Position numbers and translations under genes: made by a program
The notes under the pieces: generated by a model
Seen by the model: only the letters and a program-made list of their open reading frames with translations
What the model was told of the DNA's origin: nothing
Database searches by the model: none
Assembly: GCA_964496795.1 (NCBI GenBank)
Contig: CAZCAV010000004.1
Location: forward strand, 4,660-68,659
Length of the DNA: 64,000 nucleotides
Source of the DNA: an uncultured Oscillospiraceae bacterium
GTDB lineage: Bacteria > Bacillota > Clostridia > Christensenellales > CAG-138
Direction: 5' to 3'
Part shown: positions 35,599 through 44,049 of the stretch, in pieces
Layout: the number at the start of each line of letters is the position of its first letter
Numbering within the stretch: the first letter of the stretch is position 1

Positions 35599-37038
35599 TC
35601 AATACCGCTTGCTTGGGAATATGACGCCTTCGTTCATGATCCCGTTCGGATCGAATTGCCGTTTGAGCCCCTCAAGCAGCATATAGGCGCTGCCATGCTC
35701 CTGCGCCGTCCATTCCGCCCGCGCCTTGCCGATGCCGTGATGGTGCACCATGGAGCCGCCGCGCTTGAGCGTTTCCTCCACAATGATGCGGTTGATTGGC
35801 TCATGATACTTATGGATCTCCTCGGTAACGGACGCGTTGACATTGTAATAGTAGACGAAATACATGTTCGTGCCGTTGATATAGCTATGTGAGGAATGGC
35901 CCCCGCAGAGCGTGATATCCGGCACCTCCTCCGGTATGCGCTTCACGCAGGCCCTGTATATATTGGCGATTTCCGACCATCCGGCCGATATCTCCGTTGT
36001 AAAGCCCATGTTGTTCGTTTCCTTGATCTCTTCGATCTCCTCGGCGATCTTGGCGGGGTCCCAGTTGAGATTGTTGAACCAATGCTCGATATATTCCGCC
36101 TCCACCGGCCGCCCGCCGCCGGAAAGGACAATATCGTCTATGGCGCGTATGGTGGCCTCGGAGATCGGCATGGGGCCCTCGGTCACGAATATCAGCACGC
36201 AGTTTCCCGTTTCAAAATTCGAGAAATGATAATCGCCGTCCTGCACGTCGTAAAGTCTGGCCACGGAGGGGCGATACCCGTTTACCATGACCTCCCTGAG
36301 CATACGAAAGCCCGTTTCCATATCGTCTATCAGATACCCGCGCGTACGGTAGCTCTCCGGAAAGAAGCGATGGATCTTGAGCGTGACCTCGGTGATAAAG
36401 CACAGCGCGCCCTCGCTGCCGATGATGATATGCCGGATATCCGGCCCCGCCGCCCGGCGCGGCACGCTCTTGATGCGCGCGACCTCCCCGTTTGGGAACA
36501 CTGCCTCAAGGCCGGCGACCATGTCCTCTATGCCCCCGTACAGCGTGGAAAACTGTCCAATGCTGCGTGTGGCCACAAGTCCGCCAAGCTGCGCAAGCGG
36601 CTTGGACTGCGGCGAATGGCCCGTGGTATAGCCATGCTCCCGCAAAAAATCCTCCAGCGTTTCAAGCGGGCAGCCGCACTGCGCCGTCACCTGCATATTC
36701 TCCGGATCAAACAGGAGTATGCGGTTCATATCGGAGCCGTCCAGCACCACGCTGTCGGGCGCAAGCGTTTCCAGCCCGCCCTCGGTGGCGGACGCGCCCG
36801 TGCGCGGCACGCAATTGATCCCGTTTTTGTTCAGGTACCGCAGGATCGCGGACACCTGTTCCACAGAATCCGGACGCACCAGACAGGCGGGAACGGGGCG
36901 CGTGTATACGCCGTGTATCCACTGATACTTTCTGAAGCGATCCACGCTCGCCTGCCTGAGCACCTCTTCATCCGTTACGACCCGATCCTCCCCCACGAGG
37001 GCGACAAGGTCGACGACAATCTGTTCATGCTTTGTCAT
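35599..37038 (-). CDS. FAD-binding (PCMH-type) oxidoreductase, GlcD / alkyl-DHAP-synthase-like
   Basis: The track ORF is trimmed to ATG 37038 (MTKHEQIVVDLVALVG), preceded by AGGAG. The FAD-binding N-domain has PRTGASATEGG. Confidence 0.8.
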   Translation of the reverse strand: MTKHEQIVVDLVALVGEDRVVTDEEVLRQASVDRFRKYQWIHGVYTRPVPACLVRPDSVEQVSAILRYLNKNGINCVPRTGASATEGGLETLAPDSVVLDGSDMNRILLFDPENMQVTAQCGCPLETLEDFLREHGYTTGHSPQSKPLAQLGGLVATRSIGQFSTLYGGIEDMVAGLEAVFPNGEVARIKSVPRRAAGPDIRHIIIGSEGALCFITEVTLKIHRFFPESYRTRGYLIDDMETGFRMLREVMVNGYRPSVARLYDVQDGDYHFSNFETGNCVLIFVTEGPMPISEATIRAIDDIVLSGGGRPVEAEYIEHWFNNLNWDPAKIAEEIEEIKETNNMGFTTEISAGWSEIANIYRACVKRIPEEVPDITLCGGHSSHSYINGTNMYFVYYYNVNASVTEEIHKYHEPINRIIVEETLKRGGSMVHHHGIGKARAEWTAQEHGSAYMLLEGLKRQFDPNGIMNEGVIFPSKRY

Positions 37039-37073
37039 ACTGCATCTCCTGAATTTCATGATGGCGCCGGAGT

Positions 37074-37862
37074 TTATACATGGCCGTAATAATCCCTGTG
37101 ATTGACTGCAGAATACGCGTAATCCAGCAGCGTCCCCCAGCTGAATACGGGAAGCTCCACCGCGCGCTGCACCGCGCGCGCAAAGGGCTGCATGCCGGTA
37201 CATTCGAGCATGATGGCGCCGATATCCCGCTCTTTTTCCACAAAGCGGCGCGCACAGCTTACCATCTGCTCCTCCGCCCTGTCGTAATAGGCCTCCGGAC
37301 ACGCCGGACGTTTCTCCGGATTCCACAGGTTGTCAAATTCCGTTACGCCGTATTCGTCCTGCGCGCCGGCGATCACATACCGGCTCTTAGGATCGATCCC
37401 GACGTTTATCAGGTGCTGCGCGCTTAAAAACTGCTTCTGCGCGCAGATGATGCCCACGCGTTTTTCGGGGCCGATGACCTGCTGGATAAACGGCACCTGC
37501 AAAAGACTGGACATGAAAACCGGAACGTTCACCGCCGCCGCCACGTCCTTCTGAAAAAAGGCGAAATACCCGCATTCGGCGGCGACGGCACGGCAGCCCA
37601 GCCGTTCAAGCTTTCTGGCCGCGCGGACGACGGCCTCGCGGCACTGCGCGGGGTTCTTATCATACACAAGCGTCTGGTTCGTTACGCCCTCGGCAATTTC
37701 ATATTGTATCGGATAGGGAAAGGCGCTTGGGTTCCGTACATCGCCCGGAAAGCCCGGGTAGGCGTCGTTGAGTAAAATAATGCCCAGGCCCATGCCATAA
37801 CAAACATGATCCCCTCTGGTTCTGATATAGTTGATGCTGCGATCCCTGTCCTGCCAGTACAT
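37074..37862 (-). CDS. Asp/Glu/hydantoin-racemase superfamily protein
   Basis: The start is ATG 37862, preceded by GGAGG. The product has GIILLNDAYPGFPGDVRNPSAFPYPIQY and AIMLECTGM, recognised from memory of this family and not aligned. Confidence 0.6.
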   Translation of the reverse strand: MYWQDRDRSINYIRTRGDHVCYGMGLGIILLNDAYPGFPGDVRNPSAFPYPIQYEIAEGVTNQTLVYDKNPAQCREAVVRAARKLERLGCRAVAAECGYFAFFQKDVAAAVNVPVFMSSLLQVPFIQQVIGPEKRVGIICAQKQFLSAQHLINVGIDPKSRYVIAGAQDEYGVTEFDNLWNPEKRPACPEAYYDRAEEQMVSCARRFVEKERDIGAIMLECTGMQPFARAVQRAVELPVFSWGTLLDYAYSAVNHRDYYGHV

Positions 37863-37863
37863 G

Positions 37864-37913
37864 ATTGCCGACCTCCATATTATATTGCCGACCCGATGTC
37901 TTGATTGCCGAAC
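37864..37913. repeat. Three direct repeats ATTGCCGA(C/A)C phased exactly 20 bp apart in the divergent promoter region
   Basis: The copies are at 37864-37873 and 37884-37893 (both attgccgacc) and at 37904-37913 (attgccgaac). Confidence 0.9.
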
Positions 37914-37972
37914 ATTGTTGTGGTATACTGTCATCAAGCTTATAAATATTAATAGGAAACGGATGCGATACA

Positions 37973-38761
37973 ATGGATACTAAGGATACCGTCGTCACCG
38001 GCAGGAGCGCCGGCACTGAGCCTTCCGTGCAGTCCATCGAGCGGGCGGTCGCCATACTGCGCTGCTTCGAAAAGGGTTCCAAGCTTACGCTGACCGAGAT
38101 CTGCGCTGCGGTGGGTCTGCACAAATCCACCACCTACGGGATCGTTACGACGCTGAAAAACAGCGGTCTGCTGGATAAAAACGAGGAAACCGGCAAATAT
38201 CAGCTTGGAGTCGGCCTGTACAGGCTGGTAGCCAACGTGGAGCTGGATCTGCGCGACGTCTGCGTCCCGCATATTCGCAGTCTCTGTGAAACCACCGGCG
38301 AAACCGTGAATATGGTCGTTCCGGACGGAACGCATGTGATCTATATCGAAAAGCGCGAAAGCGCGCATTCGGTACGCATCAGTACCAGCATCGGAAAAAG
38401 ACTGCCCATGTACTGCACGGCGGTCGGCAAAGCCATACTTTCGTGCATGTCGCCCGAGGAGGCGTCCCTGCTGCTGGATCGAACCAGCCTTGTCCCCCAG
38501 ACGCGGTTTACGCTGACCGGAAAAGACGATATTCTGCGTCAGCTTGTCGAAGTACGGGAACGTGGCTATGCTTTGGATAGTGAAGAATTGGAATATGGCC
38601 TGGTATGCGTAGCCGTTCCCATTGTCAATGCGCACGGCGTTCCGATCGCCGCCTTGAGCTGCTCCGGCCCCATACAGCGGATGAGCGAGGAAAGGATCAA
38701 CGTCATTTCGCAGGAGCTGCTTGCGCACGCGCATGCCGTTTCCGCAGTGTTGCTGCATTGA
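37973..38761 (+). CDS. IclR-family transcriptional regulator
   Basis: The product has the HTH region LTLTEICAAVGLHKSTTYGIVTTL and a C-terminal effector domain. Confidence 0.85.
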   Translation: MDTKDTVVTGRSAGTEPSVQSIERAVAILRCFEKGSKLTLTEICAAVGLHKSTTYGIVTTLKNSGLLDKNEETGKYQLGVGLYRLVANVELDLRDVCVPHIRSLCETTGETVNMVVPDGTHVIYIEKRESAHSVRISTSIGKRLPMYCTAVGKAILSCMSPEEASLLLDRTSLVPQTRFTLTGKDDILRQLVEVRERGYALDSEELEYGLVCVAVPIVNAHGVPIAALSCSGPIQRMSEERINVISQELLAHAHAVSAVLLH

Positions 38762-38773
38762 CCGGCCCGCGCT

Positions 38774-38790
38774 GTTCTGCATTATAGAAC
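38774..38790. promoter_or_regulatory. 17-bp palindrome GTTCTGCATTATAGAAC (operator candidate, copy 1)
   Basis: The sequence is read directly. It lies 13 nt after the iclR stop. Confidence 0.5.
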
Positions 38791-38925
38791 AATGTGCTGT
38801 TATATTTGAACAAATATTGCCGTCGCGCGGGGGCGCTGTTTCTTAAGTCGTTTTTATTATAAAGCGTCAAAGCGCGTTTGTAAAGCAAAACAAAAGTATT
38901 TTATTGGATTTTTTTCATTTTCCTC

Positions 38926-38954
38926 TTGAACTGGCCGTCGGCACGCGCTATAAT
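38926..38954 (+). promoter_or_regulatory. Sigma-A-type promoter for the panB-mttB arm
   Basis: The elements are TTGAAC, a 17-nt spacer and TATAAT. Confidence 0.55.
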
Positions 38955-38977
38955 TGCCTTGTCAATTATCGTACATC

Positions 38978-38994
38978 GTTCTGCATTACAGAAC
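38978..38994. promoter_or_regulatory. 17-bp palindrome GTTCTGCATTACAGAAC (operator candidate, copy 2)
   Basis: This copy matches copy 1 at 16 of 17 positions. It lies 24 nt downstream of the predicted -10. Confidence 0.5.
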
Positions 38995-39053
38995 TTCCAG
39001 CCGTGTCACAAGTATCCTCGCGCCCCATGCAAATCTATCAGGAGGATGAACCC

Positions 39054-39899
39054 ATGAAAAAATCAATTCTCGACTTCAATAAGATGAAGACCGCCGGAGA
39101 AAAGCTTACATGGATTACCGCCTATGACGCGCCCTTTGCTTCCTTCGCGGAGCAGGCCGGCATGGACATGATTCTTGTGGGCGATTCGCTCGGCATGGTG
39201 GTGCTTGGTTACGAAAGCACCATTCCCGTGACCATGGACGACTGCATCGCTCACTGCAAGGCGGTGCGCAGGGGCGCGCCCGGCACCTTTGTCGTAGGCG
39301 ATATGCCCTTTGGCTCCTATCAGGAATCCAGGGAGAGCGCGGTGCACAACGCCGTACGGTTTTTAAAGGAGGGCGGCTCGGACGCCGTCAAGCTTGAGGG
39401 AGGTGTGCGCGTGGCCGAGCAGATCCGCGCCATACGCGACGCCGGCGTGCTCGTCTGCGGGCACATCGGCTTAACGCCGCAAAGTTCGGGCGTGCTCGGC
39501 GGTCATAAAGCGCAGGGCCGCACCCTAGAAAGCGCGCGTGCCGTGATCGAGGACGCTCTGGCCGTAGAGAACGCCGGCGCCAATTTCCTGCTTGTGGAGG
39601 CTGTGCCGCCGGAGGTCGCCGGATTCATAACCAGAAAGCTGAAAATCCCCGTGTATTCCATCGGCGCCGGTGCGGAATGCGACGGCCAGCTGACCATTTT
39701 CGCGGACACGATCGGTCTGTTCCAGGCGTTTACCCCCAAATTCGTCAAAAAGTACTGCGAGATCGCGCCCATCGTGATCGACGCTTACAAGCAATACATT
39801 CGCGATATCCGCGAAGGAAGCTTTCCCGGCGAAGACAACGTCTATCATATCATAGGCGAGCGCGCCCCCTTTGAAGAGCTGTTTCGCGAGTACGAATAA
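39054..39899 (+). CDS. panB: 3-methyl-2-oxobutanoate hydroxymethyltransferase (PanB) homologue
   Basis: The start is ATG 39054, after CAGGAGG. The product has LTWITAYDAPFASFAEQAGMDMILVGDSLGMVVLGY and VVGDMPFGSYQ, typical of PanB. Confidence 0.8.
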   Translation: MKKSILDFNKMKTAGEKLTWITAYDAPFASFAEQAGMDMILVGDSLGMVVLGYESTIPVTMDDCIAHCKAVRRGAPGTFVVGDMPFGSYQESRESAVHNAVRFLKEGGSDAVKLEGGVRVAEQIRAIRDAGVLVCGHIGLTPQSSGVLGGHKAQGRTLESARAVIEDALAVENAGANFLLVEAVPPEVAGFITRKLKIPVYSIGAGAECDGQLTIFADTIGLFQAFTPKFVKKYCEIAPIVIDAYKQYIRDIREGSFPGEDNVYHIIGERAPFEELFREYE

Positions 39900-39931
39900 T
39901 TTTCAATAATATATTCAGGAGGAAAGCAATC

Positions 39932-41143
39932 ATGACCAACATGGAATATCTCAAGGATAAGCCCATCGCCGTGCTTGGCGGAGGCAACGTGGCCAAGGCG
40001 ATCGCCGGCGACTGCGCGCTCGGCGGCGCGCGGGTCCGTATCTGCGACCTCATGCCCTTTGCAGCGAACTCGCTGCGTAACCTTGACAAGGCGGGCATTC
40101 GCTTCTACGGGGAGCAGATGAACCTCTACGGCTTCCAGCGCGAGGGCGTCGCTATGATGGACAAGGTGACCACGGAGGTTTCCGAAGCCGTCAAGGGCGC
40201 GGGCATCATCATCATTGGCACGCCCGTGTTCGGGCACCGTCCGTTCTTTGAAAGGCTTATTCCGCTGCTCGAGGACGGGCAGGTCGTTATGATATTCCCC
40301 GATAATTTTGGATCGCTGCTGCTGCATAAAATGATGCGCGAGGCGGGCTGCACCAAAAAAGTCATTATCGGCGGATGGTCCAGCTCCACCTACGGCAGCC
40401 GCATCGACATGGCCGGAAAGCTGCCCACCAACCGCGTCAAGGTCTATTACCGCGCCATCACGCTGCGCGGCGCGGCCATGCCCGCCTCCGATACGCCCGC
40501 TTTCATCGAAGCGTCCAGATATCTGCCCTCCTTCGACGCGGTCACCTTCGGCAACGGCCCCGTTGCGGCGGATACGGCGCTGGATACCGCGCTTTCCAAC
40601 GTCAATCCCGTGCTGCATTGCCCCGGCACCATACTCGGCATCTCCACGATGCAAAACTATGGCCGGATATTCGGCGACGACAAGAAAAAATTCTCCATCT
40701 ATTCCCACGCCTACTGCGAGGGGATTTCACAGGTGCAGTTCAGTTTCTATCAGGAGGAATGCGCGCTGGCCAAGGCTATGGGCGTCGGCATTCAGCCCTA
40801 TGAAAAGGAGCATTTCTTCTCTCGCGAAAACGTTCTTGGGCAGGAGTATATGGGTCTGGATTACGTCATTCCGTTCGACGAGCAGGATCCCATTCAGTAC
40901 GGTACGGGCCCGTTCACCATGGAAAACCGCTACATCACCGAGGATATCCCCACGGGCTGCAATCTGTACAGTCAGCTCGGCCGTCAATACGGCGTGAGGA
41001 CGCCCGTCATCGACTGCATGATCACGCTCGCGGAAGCGATACTGGATCGCGATCTGGTCAGCACGGGCTATACGCTCAAGGATCTCGGCATCGACAATAT
41101 GAGCAAGGACCGTTTGAACGAATATCTGCGCACGGGCAAATAA
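39932..41143 (+). CDS. NAD(P)-dependent opine (octopine/nopaline) dehydrogenase-family protein
   Basis: The 403-aa product has the Rossmann start KPIAVLGGGNVAKAIAGDCALGG. Its overall layout resembles the opine-DH family by eye. Confidence 0.6.
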   Translation: MTNMEYLKDKPIAVLGGGNVAKAIAGDCALGGARVRICDLMPFAANSLRNLDKAGIRFYGEQMNLYGFQREGVAMMDKVTTEVSEAVKGAGIIIIGTPVFGHRPFFERLIPLLEDGQVVMIFPDNFGSLLLHKMMREAGCTKKVIIGGWSSSTYGSRIDMAGKLPTNRVKVYYRAITLRGAAMPASDTPAFIEASRYLPSFDAVTFGNGPVAADTALDTALSNVNPVLHCPGTILGISTMQNYGRIFGDDKKKFSIYSHAYCEGISQVQFSFYQEECALAKAMGVGIQPYEKEHFFSRENVLGQEYMGLDYVIPFDEQDPIQYGTGPFTMENRYITEDIPTGCNLYSQLGRQYGVRTPVIDCMITLAEAILDRDLVSTGYTLKDLGIDNMSKDRLNEYLRTGK

Positions 41144-41153
41144 GGAGGCCGCT

Positions 41154-42587
41154 ATGAAGGATCGCAAGGAATATGACGTCGAACGCAATATCGAATTCAA
41201 TATCCTCACGCCGGACATGAAGGAAAAGATCCATCAGGGCGCGCTGCAGATACTGGAAGAGATCGGCATGAAGATCTCCGGCGACAGAACGCTCCAAAAG
41301 CTAAGAGAGCGGGGCGTAACGCCCGACGCCGACGGACTCGTGCACATTCCCCGTTCCCTGTTCTTCTGGGCGCTTGAAAAGGCGCCCAAGGAGCTGACCC
41401 TGTATGACATGGACGGCAAGCCGCGTATGCAGATCGACAGCCGAAACCGGGTATATTTCGGCACCCATAACGATATGGCCGAGATCCTCGACTATAAAAC
41501 CAATACGGCCAGGCCGATGCTGCTGTCCGATATCCAGACCATGTGCAAGGTGGCCAGCAACTGCGAGAATATCGATTTTGTTCTCTCCGTCGGACTGGTC
41601 CAGGACGTGGACCCGAAGATCCAATCCCAGATGTGCTTTATCGAGTCCTGCAAATATATGGAGAAGGTCATCAACTTCTCCACCAACGACGTGGACGCTC
41701 TGCAGGAGATCATCGACATCGCGGCCGTGCTCGCAGGCGGGCATGACAAGCTGGCTCAAAAACCGTTCATCTTCAACTATTGCGAGCCGATCCCGCCGCT
41801 CACGCATCCCTTTGAGAGCACGGAAAAGCTGTTCGTCGCGTCCTCGAACGGAATCCCCTCCGTCTACATGCCCTACTGCATGATGGGCGGCACTTCGCCG
41901 CTCGACCGGCCTACGACGCTGGCGCAGTGCTTTGCGGAGATCCTCTGCGGCGTGGTCATCTCCCAGCTTGCCCGCGAGGGCGCGCCCTTCATCGCCGGCT
42001 CCATGCCGTCGGTCATCGACATGAAAACCACTGTGGCCAGCTATGCCGCTCCGGAATTCCATCTCATGGTCGCCGCCTCCTCGGAGATGGCGGATTTCTA
42101 CGGCCTGCCGTTTTACGGAACCTGCGGCTGCAGCGACGTGCGCACCTTCGATCAGCAATCCGCCGGAGAGATATCCTATCAGATCCTGTCCACGCTTCTG
42201 AGCAAGGCCAACATCATTCACGATATGGGCCTGCACGATCATTGTATCAACGTCAGCCCCGCGGCGGTCGTCTGGGCCAACGATCTGATCAACGGCTATA
42301 AAAGCTATGTACGCGGCGTGCAGGGCGAGGTGGACATATCTCTGATCAAGGACGTAGGGCCTGCGGGAAACTATCTGTCGGAGGATAACACGCTGGAACG
42401 GTTCCGCGAGGTATGGTATCCCGAGCTGGAAACGCGCCGCCGGCAAAACCTCAACTTCTCCGACCTGTGCGATCGGATCGGCGCGCGCATCGACCGGATG
42501 CTGGAGGAGAATCCCGGTTCCGGCCTCAGCGCAGATCAGCTCGCCTTCCTGGATCAAAAAGCGAAAGAATTCTTATCGCGCGTATAG
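41154..42587 (+). CDS. MttB-superfamily (trimethylamine-methyltransferase-like) protein, non-pyrrolysine
   Basis: The 477-aa frame is uninterrupted. The N-terminus (ILTPDMKEKIHQGALQILEEIGMKI) is typical of the family. The RBS is AAGGAGG. Confidence 0.8.
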   Translation: MKDRKEYDVERNIEFNILTPDMKEKIHQGALQILEEIGMKISGDRTLQKLRERGVTPDADGLVHIPRSLFFWALEKAPKELTLYDMDGKPRMQIDSRNRVYFGTHNDMAEILDYKTNTARPMLLSDIQTMCKVASNCENIDFVLSVGLVQDVDPKIQSQMCFIESCKYMEKVINFSTNDVDALQEIIDIAAVLAGGHDKLAQKPFIFNYCEPIPPLTHPFESTEKLFVASSNGIPSVYMPYCMMGGTSPLDRPTTLAQCFAEILCGVVISQLAREGAPFIAGSMPSVIDMKTTVASYAAPEFHLMVAASSEMADFYGLPFYGTCGCSDVRTFDQQSAGEISYQILSTLLSKANIIHDMGLHDHCINVSPAAVVWANDLINGYKSYVRGVQGEVDISLIKDVGPAGNYLSEDNTLERFREVWYPELETRRRQNLNFSDLCDRIGARIDRMLEENPGSGLSADQLAFLDQKAKEFLSRV

Positions 42588-42597
42588 GGAGCAGCTC

Positions 42598-44025
42598 ATG
42601 GTATGCGATGAAAAAGCCATAGACCTCATACACGAAAACAGCCTTCGCCTGCTCAGCGGGATCGGGATGGCCTTTCAGGCGGAATCCGCGCTGGATACCC
42701 TGCGTGCAGGCGGCGTGGAGGTGCGTGGAAACCGTGCATTCTTTACGGAAAAACAGGTCATGGACGCCGTGAACGCCGCAAAAAAGGCGTTCACGGTGTA
42801 CGCGCGCAACCCCGCATATAACGTGCGCGTCAATACGGAGGAGCTTTACGTTATGCCCGGTTACGGCAGTCCAAGCATCTGCGAACCGGACGGGACGCTC
42901 CGTCCGTCCGGCTTTGACGATTTTCTGAAGCTGGCCACCATCGTGCAGCAGAGCGACGTCTTTTCCATCAACGGCGGCATTCTGGCGCAGCCCAACGATA
43001 TCGAAGCGACCATAGCGGCCGAAGCGATGGTGTACGCCACGCTGAAGATGTCCGACAAGGCGCTGTTCTCCGTTTGCGGAGGCAGGCTGCAGGCAGAGCG
43101 CATTATGGAGCTGATGAAGATCGTTTTCGGCGGCTCCATTCAGGAGCTGCCATGCTCGTTCAATCTGATTTCCACGCTCAGCCCCATGGCACTGGCAAGA
43201 AACGCGATCGAGACCATGGAGGTGTGCGCCCGAAACGGCCAGCCTCTGGTGCTTGCGCCCGGGCCCATGGCCGGCGGCACGGGCCCCGTTTCTCTTGCCG
43301 GCAACGTATCGCTCTGCAACGCGGAGATACTGGGCGCCAACGTATACGCGCAGCTGATCCGGCCGGAAACGCCCATAATATACGGATTTGCAGCGACAGT
43401 GAGCAATATGCGGGATATGAGCTGCTCCAACGCCTGTCCCGGCTTTGTCAAGGAATCGCGCTTCGGCGCGCTGCTGGCCAAAAAATACGGCTTTGCGTGC
43501 CGTAGCGGCGGCGGCATGTCCGACGCCGGCGGCCTTACGGCGCAGGCCGGCGTAGAATCCGCGATGAGTCTGTTTGAGTCGTTCAGCATGAAAGCCAACT
43601 TTATCATGCACGCGGCCGGTTCCATGAGCTCCTTCAACAGCGTCAGCTTTGAAAAGCTCATTCTGGATATCGAGACCATCGGGCGCATGCGCTACTATTT
43701 CAGCGAGCTGCCTGTGGACGAGGAAGCGCTGGGCTTCGACGCCATCCGCGAGGCCGTTGAGGGCGACGGCACCTTCATGCTGCTTGAGCATACGCTCGAT
43801 CGCTGCCGCAAGGATCCCTGGCAGGCCGAGGTATCGCAGCACGGCCGCTGCAAGGGCGATCCGAATCAGGAGCTGTACGGCTCCATCCGCAGGAAGCTGG
43901 ACGAATTGCTGGGGAGCTATCGCCGCCCGCCCATGGACGCGGCGGTCGAAGGCGCGCTCGACGCATATATGCTCTCGATCGGCATGAAGCAGACCGATAT
44001 GGCAAAATGTGATATACTGATGTAA
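42598..44025 (+). CDS. Second MttB-superfamily protein, non-pyrrolysine paralogue
   Basis: The 475-aa frame is uninterrupted. The product starts KAIDLIHENSLRLLSGIGMAF. Confidence 0.8.
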   Translation: MVCDEKAIDLIHENSLRLLSGIGMAFQAESALDTLRAGGVEVRGNRAFFTEKQVMDAVNAAKKAFTVYARNPAYNVRVNTEELYVMPGYGSPSICEPDGTLRPSGFDDFLKLATIVQQSDVFSINGGILAQPNDIEATIAAEAMVYATLKMSDKALFSVCGGRLQAERIMELMKIVFGGSIQELPCSFNLISTLSPMALARNAIETMEVCARNGQPLVLAPGPMAGGTGPVSLAGNVSLCNAEILGANVYAQLIRPETPIIYGFAATVSNMRDMSCSNACPGFVKESRFGALLAKKYGFACRSGGGMSDAGGLTAQAGVESAMSLFESFSMKANFIMHAAGSMSSFNSVSFEKLILDIETIGRMRYYFSELPVDEEALGFDAIREAVEGDGTFMLLEHTLDRCRKDPWQAEVSQHGRCKGDPNQELYGSIRRKLDELLGSYRRPPMDAAVEGALDAYMLSIGMKQTDMAKCDILM

Positions 44026-44049
44026 AGTATGCGATAAAGAGGGCTCTGC

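Noticed and set aside
41154-44025. Pyrrolysine (in-frame amber) decoding in the MttB genes.
   Set aside because: Both reading frames are continuous from an RBS-preceded ATG to the stop. No pylTSBCD-like genes are visible in the window.
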